Source: Blastocystis sp. Blastoise (lineage: Eukaryota > Protista > Bigyra: Opalinata). Taken from it: a stretch of DNA of 64,000 nucleotides. Both the position numbers and the translations under genes were made by a program. The stretch spans positions 558,001-622,000 of the forward strand of contig JBBPEB010000011.1 in assembly GCA_039096225.1 (NCBI GenBank), in the 5' to 3' direction. Of this stretch, positions 1 through 12,212 are shown one piece after another; position 1 is the stretch's first letter, and the number at the start of each line of letters is the position of its first letter. The notes below the pieces were generated by a model, which searched no databases, had not been told where the DNA came from, and saw only the letters and a list, made by a program, of their open reading frames with translations.

Positions 1-126
1 ATTAATTAATATTGTTCCACCACCTAAGAATGGTTCATAATAATCTAAATTATTATTAAATCGTTCTTTAATAACAAAATCAGAAACAATATAATCTTTA
101 TTTCCAACCCATTTTAATAATGGCAT
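1..126 (-). CDS. Dam-like (D12 class) N6-adenine DNA methyltransferase, N-terminal part only
   Basis: Manual translation from ATG at 126 gives MPLLKWVGNKDYIVSDFVIKERFNNNLDYYEPFLGGGTILIN, matching Dam motif X (LKWxGxK) and motif I (YxEPFxGGG). Not in the ORF track because it runs off the window. Confidence 0.9.
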   Translation of the reverse strand, partial: MPLLKWVGNKDYIVSDFVIKERFNNNLDYYEPFLGGGTILIN

Positions 127-264
127 TTTATTTTAAGTTATTAAATTAATTATTTATGTCATTTAAATAATTTTTAGAAACAAAACACATAAAAAATATA
201 AAATAATTAATAATTTAACAATATAAGAAAATAAGAAAAATATATAGAAATAATTATATAATAA

Positions 265-1044
265 TTAATCATCAATTTCATTAACAGGAACAATATAATC
301 AAGAGAACTACCAAGTATCTTTAATTGTTTAAGACCACGTGTAATATACCATTCTTTATCATAATATTTAACTCTATCTAATTTCATAATAGCAATAGCA
401 CTATCCAAGGCAGAAATGTATTGAGTACAATTCGAAGTATTAATGATTGGATTATAATGATTATTAATAAGCTTACCATCTTTATCATATAAATCAAAAG
501 CCAATTGATTTCTAGTATTCTTAAAGATTTTTATACTTACAATATTCATTGGATATTTTTGCCAAGTCTTCTGTTGAGTAATAGCATGCATAGGAACAGA
601 TTCATTACCAAGTTCTTTATCTAAATTCAATTTTAACTTACCTCTTTCATCATTAACGCTATCAGGAACATGTATCTTTTCAAATATCTTATGGCTAACA
701 TCAACTCTAATGGCTTCCAATAACTTTACAAAATCTTTGTTTTCAGTACCTAAAGAACAAACTAAATACTTACTATTAGAATTACCAAAATCACTAAATT
801 CATAAAGAACAACACATGTAGGAGTTTTGATTTGAAGAATCTTTCCATTATATCTTATCTTATATCCATCTTGACGACCAAGAGCAAGGTTTCTATTGGG
901 TTCATCAGTTTCTTTATCGAGAGTAACAGTTAGTAAATCATTATTATAATCACTTAATTTAGATATTGTACAGCATTCTTCATGTAAATGACCAACAGCA
1001 GCAGCTTGGAACAAAGTACTAGATATAGGGGAAATATCAGACAT
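265..1044 (-). CDS. Putative single-stranded DNA-binding protein (NCLDV/T7 gp2.5-like)
   Basis: 259 aa. LQIKTP...FG...YLVCSL...FVKLLEAI pattern and short acidic tail (NEIDD) resemble giant-virus SSBs; divergent from the primase gene. Recognised by eye only. Confidence 0.5.
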   Translation of the reverse strand: MSDISPISSTLFQAAAVGHLHEECCTISKLSDYNNDLLTVTLDKETDEPNRNLALGRQDGYKIRYNGKILQIKTPTCVVLYEFSDFGNSNSKYLVCSLGTENKDFVKLLEAIRVDVSHKIFEKIHVPDSVNDERGKLKLNLDKELGNESVPMHAITQQKTWQKYPMNIVSIKIFKNTRNQLAFDLYDKDGKLINNHYNPIINTSNCTQYISALDSAIAIMKLDRVKYYDKEWYITRGLKQLKILGSSLDYIVPVNEIDD

Positions 1045-1112
1045 TTTTTAAATTAAAAAAAAAATTAAAAAATAAAATAAATATGAATTTAATAATAAAA
1101 TAAAAATAAATA

Positions 1113-1157
1113 ATGAGATACAAATGAGATACAGATGAGATATAAATGAGATACAAA
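1113..1157. repeat. 11-bp direct repeat x4 (ATGAGATACAA-like)
   Basis: ATGAGAT starts at 1113, 1124, 1135 and 1146. Confidence 0.9.
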
Positions 1158-1177
1158 TTTATTATGATTGGATAATC

Positions 1178-1320
1178 TCGTCAGGTTTGATTCTCGATTT
1201 AGGATTTTTCATTTTATTATAAATGTTTTCATTGTTGACTTAGGATTTCGTCAGGTTTGATTCTCGATTTAGGATTTTATTACTTTATTATAAATATTTT
1301 CATTGTCGACTTAGGATTTT
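1178..1320. repeat. ~70-bp tandem duplication in the divergent SSB/primase intergenic region
   Basis: TCGTCAGGTTTGATTCTCGATTTAGGATTTT...GACTTAGGATTT starts at 1178 and 1248. Confidence 0.9.
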
Positions 1321-1370
1321 AGTATTTTATTAATTTTAAATTTTATTTTATATTTCTTTTTATTTTTCTA

Positions 1371-4300
1371 ATGAGTACTGAACCTAAATTATCCTGTGAA
1401 TTTCAAGTATTTAATCAAGTTGATAAAACTAGTTGTCGTGCCGCCAAAATAATTGAGAATCCTGATGAATGGTATAGATCTGTTTTCGAAAGCTACTATA
1501 AACAAAAGATTGGTGAAAATACTGGTTTTGAAGAGCCACTACATTATGTTGACGTTGTTCCAAAGAATTCCGAAGGTTGTTATCGTCGTTTATGGTTTGA
1601 TTTAGATTTTTCAAAAGATACTAATGATTTCTCTATGTTTTCTGATGAAAATGTTAAAGTATTTCTTATTGGTTTATTTGATGTGTGTTGCCACTATTAT
1701 GATACAAATCTAGATGATATTAATGTTGTAATAACAAAAAAAGATGTTAATCAAAAGAAGAATGGATCAGAAATTAATTATTCATGGGGTTGTCATGTCT
1801 TTACAAATTTATTTGTTCTTCCTGATAGTCTTCCATGTTTTTATTCATTATTAATTAATCATTCAAAGATTAAAGAATCATGTGAACTACTTAATGTTAT
1901 TCCAGAAAAATTCATTGATAAAGCTGTAATTGGAAATAGAAGTCGTAATAATGGATGTATGATGCTTGGCTGTTCAAAAAATAATGTACGTTCTACTTAT
2001 GATTTTAAATGGGAATACTACCATGGTGTATGGCTGGATTGTATTGAATTAGATAAAACACAATTATTTAAATTATTTAATAAAACATTACTTAATCAAA
2101 TGTGTTCTTCTGATTGTGTTACTTCCTTCATTAATATGAATTTACTAAATTATTTAAAGCAAAGTAATAATTTTGCTAAGATGGTTGATAAAATAAATAG
2201 TATTCCTAAAAATGAGTTAAGAATCATGACACCTAATCAATTTGGTTCTTTTAGGAGATCTAGTCAACGGTCTACTGATAATATACAGAATAGATCTTAT
2301 AATTATGTTTCAATTCTTGAAGATTATTTAAATCGTATTGGTTCTTTACAGGAATATAATTATTTTGATAATCATACTACTTGGTGTCAATTAGCATTTG
2401 CTTCAAAAGAAATATGTGATGATAATGATGGATATTTAGTGTTTAAAGATGCTACACTAAAATATGGTAAGCCACGTGATGAATCAAAAATAGAATCTTT
2501 ATGGAATTCTACAAAACACAATAATAATGAAAATAGTACTGAAAGATTTAATAATAAGATTTATTATTTATTACAGAAACATAATTTATTAACAAATAAA
2601 GAAGAAAATGAATTAATATTTATGGAAGTAATGAAGAGTGTGAATTCTCATCGTTGTGTAGCTAGTGATACATTAGTATCATTATTTCATATCTTACAAT
2701 ATAATGATACTATTGCTGTTCTATTTGGTAATTCAATGAAAATATATAATTATAATGAAAATAATGTATTAGTAACAAATGATTCATGTGGAGATAATTG
2801 TGAAGAAACATTAAGAAGATTTAAATCGGATATAAAATACTTTATGGATAATGTTGCCAAAAAATTCAAAAAATCATTATTATTTAATCCTACAATAGAA
2901 AGTCATGAGAAAGTATTTGAAATGGTTCAAACAGCTTCAACACCATCATTAAAGAATTTTACAGAATGGACAAATATATATATGTCATTCTATGCAATAC
3001 CAGAATCTACTTATAGAAATATTCATTTACGTCATAAGAAGAATCTTATTTATACTAATTTAGGATTTATTAAATGTTTAGATATAAAAGAAGTAACTTA
3101 TTCAACTACTATAGTAATAAATAATATACGTTGTGAAGGATTCTTAAGTCCAATTGGAATGCAATGGGAATTAATACCTTATAAGAAAGAAGATATGATA
3201 TTTAAAGAATTATTAATTTCTACTCCATTTATTCCTGATTATTTTGAAAATGATGATGCAATGAAAGCTATACATAAATTTGAAGAACATATAAATAGAT
3301 ATGCTGGATTTAATCATGAATATGCTAATTATTTAATGCAAATATTATGTAGTTCTTTCTATTATGATTCTAATAAAGGATTTTCTTATTTATTTTATGG
3401 ACCAGATGGTGCTAACGGAAAAACACTAACAGGTGATTTATTATCTTCGATAATTGGTGATAACCAAGCAATTACTGTGAATCCAGGTAATTTTGAATCA
3501 AAAGAAACACAACCTAAATTAATTGAAATGAGTAATAAACTCATGTATTACGTAAATGAATTAGATGAAGTATCTAGTAGTAAATTCAGTAATCCCGTAA
3601 ATGTATTTAATACTCGAATATTTAAAGAATTAGCTGAAAAGAAATCAGGAGCTTCAGCGAGAAATTTATATTCGAAATCATATGATTCTATTAATTATAC
3701 GGGAACATTATTTATTACGTCAAATATTCAACCAGGTTCTCGTAATACTCAACCATTACTTCGTCGTGTTTGTTTCCTTTACGGTGTTTCTCGATATTAT
3801 GATAAGGCAGACCGTAACTTATACGAGATTGAATATAAGAATGACGAAAATAATTCGTTAAAAAGAATTATGATAATTCCCGAAGATTCAAATATGCCGA
3901 AAAGATATAAACCGAATCATTACCCGATGGACCCTTCGATAAAAGATTATTTCGAAAATTATAAATCCTATATATTCTCGTATCTTGTCGATAATTATTT
4001 TTATTTAAGTACAAAATTAACGATAGGGAAACTTGATAGTTGTAAAATAATGGCTGAATGTAAATCACAATTTATCGAGAAATCCAATAGTTTATACGAT
4101 ATGGATGAATTTGTCGAGAAACAAATATCTGTCGACCCTTATATGTTGAATGTCGTAAGCCTCGATGATTTATTTAATGCTTATCTTAGTCATACCTTCG
4201 ATAGAAAATTTACGTTAAAGAAAGATAAAGAGACTTTTCGTAAATCATTTTTTGGTTGTTTACAGAATAAACCACAATATATTTGTATCGATATGCATAA

Positions 4301-4487
4301 TTTAGATTTGACACACAAATCCGAATATTATGTTGGTAACCAATTACGTGGAATCCTAGGATTATTAATTAATAAAAGATACAATGAAAAAGTATTGTTC
4401 AGTCATTATTGTGAAATGAATAAAGGACGTATTGGTCATCCACCTAATGAAGATGGATACTTTAATGGATTTCAAAATAAAATATAA
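1371..4487 (+). CDS. AEP primase + PriCT-like domain + SF3 (D5-like) helicase
   Basis: RLWFDLDF (DxD) and WGCHVF primase motifs; W-x-QLAFA...ESLWNS; Walker A FYGPDGANGKT, Walker B YYVNELD, motif C LFITSN. Confidence 0.9.
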   Translation: MSTEPKLSCEFQVFNQVDKTSCRAAKIIENPDEWYRSVFESYYKQKIGENTGFEEPLHYVDVVPKNSEGCYRRLWFDLDFSKDTNDFSMFSDENVKVFLIGLFDVCCHYYDTNLDDINVVITKKDVNQKKNGSEINYSWGCHVFTNLFVLPDSLPCFYSLLINHSKIKESCELLNVIPEKFIDKAVIGNRSRNNGCMMLGCSKNNVRSTYDFKWEYYHGVWLDCIELDKTQLFKLFNKTLLNQMCSSDCVTSFINMNLLNYLKQSNNFAKMVDKINSIPKNELRIMTPNQFGSFRRSSQRSTDNIQNRSYNYVSILEDYLNRIGSLQEYNYFDNHTTWCQLAFASKEICDDNDGYLVFKDATLKYGKPRDESKIESLWNSTKHNNNENSTERFNNKIYYLLQKHNLLTNKEENELIFMEVMKSVNSHRCVASDTLVSLFHILQYNDTIAVLFGNSMKIYNYNENNVLVTNDSCGDNCEETLRRFKSDIKYFMDNVAKKFKKSLLFNPTIESHEKVFEMVQTASTPSLKNFTEWTNIYMSFYAIPESTYRNIHLRHKKNLIYTNLGFIKCLDIKEVTYSTTIVINNIRCEGFLSPIGMQWELIPYKKEDMIFKELLISTPFIPDYFENDDAMKAIHKFEEHINRYAGFNHEYANYLMQILCSSFYYDSNKGFSYLFYGPDGANGKTLTGDLLSSIIGDNQAITVNPGNFESKETQPKLIEMSNKLMYYVNELDEVSSSKFSNPVNVFNTRIFKELAEKKSGASARNLYSKSYDSINYTGTLFITSNIQPGSRNTQPLLRRVCFLYGVSRYYDKADRNLYEIEYKNDENNSLKRIMIIPEDSNMPKRYKPNHYPMDPSIKDYFENYKSYIFSYLVDNYFYLSTKLTIGKLDSCKIMAECKSQFIEKSNSLYDMDEFVEKQISVDPYMLNVVSLDDLFNAYLSHTFDRKFTLKKDKETFRKSFFGCLQNKPQYICIDMHNLDLTHKSEYYVGNQLRGILGLLINKRYNEKVLFSHYCEMNKGRIGHPPNEDGYFNGFQNKI

Positions 4488-4605
4488 TAATTATTTTTTT
4501 AATTTTTTTTATTCGTTTTATTTTATTGTTTAGTTTAAATCATTCAAAATACAATAATTTATATTAACAAAACAATATAAAAATATAATCATTTTTTTTA
4601 CAAAT

Positions 4606-6442
4606 TTAACAATAGAATTTACAATTAAAAAAATTATTTTTTTTGTGTGGTATTTTTGTTCTAAATAATCCTAAACCAATCGAACGGGTAAATAAATGTG
4701 TTCTTGGAACACAAATGCCACTACCAATATTTTCATTATTATCATTTTCATTTAAATATCCAGGATGTTCATTTCTATGAGGTCTTTTATCAGGTACAAG
4801 TGGTTCATGACGACATTCCCATTGGTTAATTGCGCTTGCAGCAAATGTTTCTCTGGTTGTTCGAACTTTATAACGTCTATTTATATCATATTGATTGGTT
4901 AATTCATGACATTTTGAAATATATTTTTCATAATATTGTTTATGTTGTAATGTAATATTTTCAATATCCAATCCTTCTGATTCTTTAGGAACATCATTAT
5001 TTAAATCAATTAAATTTGGATATTTATTATTTTTTAAACCATCATAATATTGTTGAACTTTTTCTTTAAATTCATTTAAACCATTTAATGAAGAAATGAA
5101 TATTGTTGATGAACCAGGTTCTTTACCTAATAATTCAGGTCCAAATACATCTGTATAATCTTCATGATAAGTATCTAATCTTTGAATAAAACGGTCATAA
5201 ATTAATTTATCTCTTTCTTTATCATCTTTATCCATCATCATAAATAATGAATCTTCAGTTAATGGAATTTGTCTTGTAATATTATCTAATACTTTTATAT
5301 GTTTTCCACCTTCTAATAAATATGGAGAAATATAATTATTCATATGTGTTGTTTGTGAATGAAGCATTTTTGAAATACTATTTACAAATACACGAATAGC
5401 TTTTCTATGTTCATCTGGATTTCCTGTACCTTCAAGTATTTTCATTTGTCTATAATAATGTTGTGCAAATAAATGACGAATCATATCACAACCAGTAATT
5501 AATTGTTTTTCTTGATTATATTCATTTGTATAATGATATAATTCTCCTAAATGGTCTTTTATATAATCACCAAAATTACTATCATTAACTGGACTATCAA
5601 GTCTATCTCCGGAAGTAAATAAATAATTACGGGGACATAAACGTAATGACCTAGCTAAAACATTCATTAATTCTTCAGTTATATATTGTAATGTAGGATA
5701 TAAGTTATAACCAATTTCAAATTTATTTTTAGTATCATTTACGTGTATAGTTAATGTATTTAAATCAATATAATTTGTACTTTTACGTAAAGTTAATGGG
5801 ATTACATCACCTCTTCTATATATTCGACATATACCATAATCATTTCTACAACATAGACAATCATAACATAATACTAATAAATATGAATTAACATAAAATA
5901 AATCATTTGGATGTTCAATATAATTTTGTTTACAACGTTGTATTAATTGACCCCAATCACATTTTGCACTAATAATTTTATTTGTATATTCTTTATGACG
6001 AAGATTTGTTGCATCAACATTTAAAGAACCAAAATGTTGAGTCCACTTTTTAATATTTTTATTACTAAATACAGAATGTCTTAATATATCATTATCATCT
6101 GTACATAATTCAATATTTTTCATTATATAAGTAAACATTTGCATATAATTTGATATTGTTGTAACTGACAAACCTCCTTGTTGTCCACGTGCAGATGTAG
6201 GTAAATTCATTAATGTTTCTTGAAATGCTTCAGGATTTCCAAGAATTTCAATACATAAATATGTTTTGGGGTCTAAATTTCCTTCTTCAATACCTTGTTG
6301 CATTTTTACAGATATATTATGTATCCAATTTTTCCAATTAATACTAGTTGATTCTTGTATCTTTCTAAAATGTCTTAATTGATTAACACACATTACAAAA
6401 AAAATCTTCACATTCTTGTGGAGAATCACCACGTGATTGCAT
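4606..6442 (-). CDS. Tyrosine recombinase/integrase
   Basis: Catalytic set CCRNDY (R), TKNK (K), DMIRH (R), MLHSQTTHMNNY (H...Y). The best-context ATG (6442) is one base out of frame across a T8 run; an in-frame ATG also exists just downstream of the run. Confidence 0.8.
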
Positions 6443-6486
6443 TTTATTTATTTTTATATAATAAAAATATTTTTTTTAAATTAAAT

Positions 6487-9202
6487 TTATAAATAACTTA
6501 TAGTTAATTTTACTATACATTTACATTCACTTCTTATTGCATAAATATTCACTTTAGGTAATTGATATAAACATTGTCTATTACAATGATATATATTTTG
6601 TTTAATACTAGATTTAACACTTTCATAACTTTGGTCTATATTATAGAAATATGGTAGATTCTCTTTATTAACTATATGTAGTATATTTTGATAATAATTA
6701 TTACTAGCATATAAGTATATTTTATATTGCCCTTTTTCTTCTATATTATCAGATATAACTTGTATATTTGTTAAATATGCATTTTGATATTGACTATTCT
6801 TTTGTAATTGAAATGATAATGTTGAAATTTCATTAAAATCACAATAAACTTCATCATAATCATTAAATTTTACTATATTTTGTTCAGGTTCACAAATACA
6901 TAAGGCTATAGTACCTTTAAATAATTTTGTAAATCTTAATTGTATTATTTGTTGAATAGTAATTGGAGCATTAATACAACTATAATGTAAATAAGGTGTA
7001 TTTGTTTGAAATATAAAATTAGGTTCTGGACTTCCATTAATATAACAACAATTAATTTGTTCATCTGTTGTAACAGATTTATTTAAAATAATTACATCTT
7101 TAATTACTTTTTTTTTCTAAATTAACTGTAGGTAATGTTTTTGTAAATATAATATCTTGTGTTTCACAACTAAGACATAAATTCTTTATTGTTTCATGAG
7201 GAAACATAGCATTAATACTATCTCTTAATTCTATAAACCCATTTAACTCAGTTCCATCATTAATTTTTATATAATTTCCATAAAAATCACTAAATCTAAA
7301 CCATAATTCATTAATATGTGTTAATCCAGGATGTACTTTAGTATTTACCATTTCATGTAATTGATTATTACCTATTGGATTACTTATAGGTATACTACAT
7401 AATGCATTAGAACTATTATCTACTAAATTACTATGACAACGTAACATTGATTTTCCTTGTGTTATATCAGCTGGATTTTCACTTATAATAATAGAATTAT
7501 CAATTATATCTGTTTTATAATATCTAACAAATGTATATGTATATTTTCTTGTTGTAGAAAAATCTGTTATTTGTATTTTATCATAAGGATAATTTGTTTT
7601 TATAAAATACCATGAATGTTGTTGATTATATGACCCAATGTATTTTTTTCCATCTAATCCATAATATTCTTTATTTGATTCAACTGTAAATATAGTAATT
7701 TCTATTTCATTATATGAATACCAAAGACGTATTTTATTTAATGTAGCAAAATCTGTCCATATACTATTTATACCTAATAGTGTTTTTTCTATTAATTCTA
7801 TATCTGTATAACTACCTTCAGGAACTAAGGTTGTACGTTCAGTTGTTGCATTATTTATTTTAAATGTATTATTTGTAGAATTTATTGTAATTGGTAAATA
7901 TATTAGTGTTTGAGATATTTCAGCTTTATAACTTGTATTTTTATATCCTAAAATCTTTTGTATATTAGGTCCCATAGAAAAATCAAATGATTTTCCAACC
8001 ATATAAACATGACCATAAGGAATATTATATTCATTAACTCCACCAATACCTGTAGAAGGATTTGTTGGTTTAGTAGGATTTTGTGGTTCTTGACCATCTG
8101 AATTTAATTTATAATTAATATAATATAAATTTAATGGTTGTGTTCCACCAAAACTAGTATATAAAGGTATATTTTGATTATATCCCTTATAATATGATAA
8201 TGAATTATCCAATCCTTGAGTATAAAATTGATAACATTGTGTATTTTCATTATTTGTATCTGTTATTCTCCAACCAGGTAACGATAAATCTTGCTTTAAT
8301 ATTAAATTATCATATTCTTTATGAATAGAAACTCCTAATGCAGTATAAAATTCTGCTTCTGTATAATCACCAGTAGGAACAATAATTAATTTCTTATCAT
8401 TTGTTGGAACATGAACTAAAAATATTTTATTATGTTCTTCATCAATATGATATTTATTGGTTCTACGAAATTTATATGTATTTTTCTTAACAACATCATA
8501 ATCAGTAATACAAACATTATCTATTACTTTTAATTGACTATCAGTTGAACTACATACAAAATAAAATGTATCTTTATAACTATATGAACCAGTATATGTA
8601 ACACCATCATAATATGTTTTTGTTTCATTAGCTTTGGCAATATACATAGTAATAGCATTTAAATCATATGTAATAAACCAATATAATTTCTTTTGAGCAA
8701 TACCATCCCATATATTAGACATTTGTTTTGTTAATTCTTGCATATATTCATAATCATAATAATCTCCATTAGGTATTGTTAATGTATATACTTTATCATA
8801 CATCCATATTTCAAATTTATTATTATTTTCATTAATTGTAAATTTTGTTTCAATTGGTTCTGGATATGTTTCTATTCCATATGTTTTAATAGTATTCACA
8901 GGATTAGAAGGTAATGCTATTTGAAATCCATATGCTTTTAAGATATCTGCTAACGTATAATAAGTATTAGGATATAAATATGTGTAAGAACCATTATAAA
9001 AATTCACTGTTTCTTGATTATTCATATTTGTATAAAAAACAGGAATATTTGTATTTCCTTTTAAATTTAAATCAACAAATCCAATAGTATCAGATTGAAC
9101 ATCAATATTATCATCTAGAGATACCCTAAATTCATTATTTTTACATATTGCATGAATAGGTAATATTTGTGTTTTTATTCGAGGGTCACTATCTTCAACC
9201 AT
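6487..9202 (-). CDS. Large penton/minor capsid-like protein with repeated insertion domains; +1 frame break at A9 run near 7110
   Basis: Three NNxF/KIF...(I/V)PxGxY...E repeats and a penton-like motif MLRCHSNLVD...LCSIPI...INELWFRFSDFYGNYI. A further ~205 stop-free codons without ATG (VIKDVIILNKSVTTDEQINCC...KLTISYL*) run in the +1 frame to 6487. Confidence 0.65.
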
Positions 9203-9271
9203 TTAAATTAATTATTTAAAATTAAATAAATTTAATTTTATAGAAAATTTTTAGAATAAAAATTATTAATA

Positions 9272-10799
9272 ATGTCATCAACAAGATTAGTTAGATATAC
9301 TGAACCTATAAATATTCAAAGTGGAGTTGACTTAATGAATAGTCAATATGCATTTCATTTTGAATGGACAAATACTGATAATAAATTTGTTGATTTTAGT
9401 CAATCTTATATTGATTTAGTTGTTCGTACTTCTTCTTATGTAGATCCTGATACAAGTCATAGAATTCCAGAATTTATCGAAGGTTGGTCAAGTTATTTAG
9501 GAACACAAAATAAATACAATAATGTTAAATGGTTAACTCCAGAAATGTTTATGCATGAACATATTGATGAAATGAATCAAAGAGCTAATATTTATTCTAT
9601 TATAGATAGTACAGAAATTGATATGAATTATGTTCATCCTTCTGGTAAAGAAAAAGCGTTAAAAGTCATTGATAGTTGTATACATGCTAGTAGAGGTCGT
9701 AAAATGATTGCATTAAAAGATTTAGATAAAGATATTATTGAAAAATCTATGTATAATGAATCTTTATTTGCTCCTGTAAAAGGATTAAATTCTTTACGTT
9801 TTATTCGAACACATCCAGACCAAGATATTCATATTGCTATTCCTTTGAATTTAATTTGTGCATTAGGTGCTGATAGAGATAGTGCTGTATTAGTACAACA
9901 TTTAAAAATGCTTTTTCGTACATCTCTTTTAACTTCATTGGTTGAAAATAATAAAAGTATTCCTTATAGATTTGCTGATGTAACAAAAACATCCGATGGA
10001 TGGATTCCTGCACCAACTAAATGGACATATTTTGATGTAAAATGGTTTAATGATTTTAAATTAATTAGTGCCTCTATGACATTAATGACTTATCAGAATA
10101 TATCATTTCAAAGACATGAATTATTTAAAAGTGTTCCTTCTTATACTCAAGTAGATTATTTTCAAGAAAAAATTACTGATAGTGTTTCTATTATTAATAA
10201 GCCTGTTGCTTTTTTTCCCTGAATATATCTTATTTTGGTTTAGTGATGGATTTGATTTTAATATTACACCAAATATTGCTAGTCCCTCTATTTGGCCAGA
10301 ATATTTAAGTTGTATTTGTGGTAATATACAAATTTTCCCTCAAACTGAATTTCCTACAACTAAATATGGTTATGATATTACTAATAAAGGTCATTGTGAA
10401 GATGATAATGAACCTTTATCTATTTATAGACCTAATATAGCTTTATATAATATATGGGCAGATAATTCTGTTCTTAATACAGCTGTGAAATATAATGAAT
10501 GGATAAAACATCCAATTTATGTTATTCCTGTTAATAATTTAGCTAATGTTCGTAGTAATACTGGTATGGCATTAATTTTTGAATCAAAATTACGTGCAAA
10601 TAAACTTATTTTAAATCATATTGATGATAGTATTTTACCAGATTTTGACAGTTATAATCCTGGAATAACAGAACAAGGAAATGCAATAGTTCAAGTTAAT
10701 AGTCATCCTGGATTACAATATACTTATAATACATCAATTAATAAGAATAATCCTTATACTTTACACATGCTTTGTGTTCGTTCTGCTAGAGATATTTAA
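9272..10799 (+). CDS. Major capsid protein paralog 1 (double jelly-roll-like), split by a +1 break at TTT TTT CCC TGA
   Basis: ORFs 9272-10222 and 10182-10799 together align colinearly with 10861-12171: FVDFSQSYIDL/YIDFSNSYIEL, RKMIALKDL/RKFIALKEL, VAFFPEY/VNFIPDY, PNIALYNIW/PNIALYNDW. Confidence 0.72.
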
Positions 10800-10860
10800 T
10801 TCTTAAAGAACATAAATATTTTTTTTTAATTCATCAAAATTATTTAAAAAAATAATAATA

Positions 10861-12171
10861 ATGAGTAAAATTCCTGCTGCTTTTAATCCTAGTAAAAATT
10901 ATCAAACTATTAAAAATACACAAACACCTATTAGTATAACAAATAATCAATCCTTAATGGACCAACCTTATGTTTTTGATTTTTGTTATAACAGTGTTGA
11001 TAGTCCATATATTGATTTTTCTAATAGTTATATTGAATTATGGCTTAATGTTAGAGCTGTATCCGCTAGTGAGCCACCTGCTACTATTCAAGAATGTAAC
11101 TTATATTCAATTATTGATAAATTAGCTATTACAATGACATATATAAGTCCTACTGGTGTAGATGTTGCTGTAAATTATACTGAAAATAGTATTGATAGTA
11201 GTAAAGCTAGAAAATTTATAGCTTTAAAAGAATTAAGTAAAGATGAAATTGATAGAAGTGTATATTGTGCCAGTGGTGAAGATTTATATGCTGTAAAAGA
11301 TAACGTAGAATCTATTAAATTTATGGAATACAGTTCAGGCTCATTAAAAGATACTGTTTATAAAGTAGCAATTCCATTTATGTTAATTAGTGGTTTAGGT
11401 ACATTTAATTGTGCTATTAAGGTAAAAACATTAAAAATACAAGTTACTACAAATTATTTAAGAAACATGTGTTCTAATATTGGTAGAATAACACAATTTA
11501 ATTTATCTCGTGCTTATATTACATTTAAACAAATTTATGATATTAATTGGAAAGGAAATCCTATGGCTCTTATGCGATGTATTCCTAATAATTGTCAATT
11601 ATGTACATTTAGTACTCCATGTTATGAATGGAGTTATACAAATAGTGGAACACAAAATGTCGTTTTAACTCCTTCTGGAACATTTATTAATAGTCGTAGT
11701 GTTAACTTTATTCCAGATTATTGTTTAATGTATTTTACTGATAAAGCAGGAAGTATGTTCCCTATAAATACAGAAATTCCTACAACTGTATCTTTTCAAA
11801 TTGGTGGTATTAATGTCACAGGTAGAGAAGATTATCCTCCACAATATAAAAAATTATTTAATTCAAAATCATCGACAAATAACGGTTGGACTGGATATTT
11901 AACTCCTAATATTGCTCTTTATAATGATTGGAGAGCAAACTGTCATGAACAATCTCCATTAATTGGTGAAAAATGGTATGAACAACCATTATATATATTC
12001 CCTATTTCCAGTTCAGTGGATGTAAATAATCAAGCTGGTGTTGAAGTTAATATTACATTACATAGTACACGTTCAACTACTGTTTCTACAGCTGCTGGAA
12101 AGACTTCATATTGGATACCTTATGTTAATTTTATTTTTGTAAAGTTTATTAGAAACGGTGCAATGAATTAA
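10861..12171 (+). CDS. Major capsid protein paralog 2 (Polinton/PLV double jelly-roll-like)
   Basis: 436 aa, beta-rich, N-terminal F...YIDFSNSYIEL motif typical of Polinton/PLV MCPs; adjacent to penton and ATPase genes. Confidence 0.75.
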   Translation: MSKIPAAFNPSKNYQTIKNTQTPISITNNQSLMDQPYVFDFCYNSVDSPYIDFSNSYIELWLNVRAVSASEPPATIQECNLYSIIDKLAITMTYISPTGVDVAVNYTENSIDSSKARKFIALKELSKDEIDRSVYCASGEDLYAVKDNVESIKFMEYSSGSLKDTVYKVAIPFMLISGLGTFNCAIKVKTLKIQVTTNYLRNMCSNIGRITQFNLSRAYITFKQIYDINWKGNPMALMRCIPNNCQLCTFSTPCYEWSYTNSGTQNVVLTPSGTFINSRSVNFIPDYCLMYFTDKAGSMFPINTEIPTTVSFQIGGINVTGREDYPPQYKKLFNSKSSTNNGWTGYLTPNIALYNDWRANCHEQSPLIGEKWYEQPLYIFPISSSVDVNNQAGVEVNITLHSTRSTTVSTAAGKTSYWIPYVNFIFVKFIRNGAMN

Positions 12172-12212
12172 TTTTAATTTTAAATTTAATTTTTTTATTA
12201 CCATAAAAAAAC

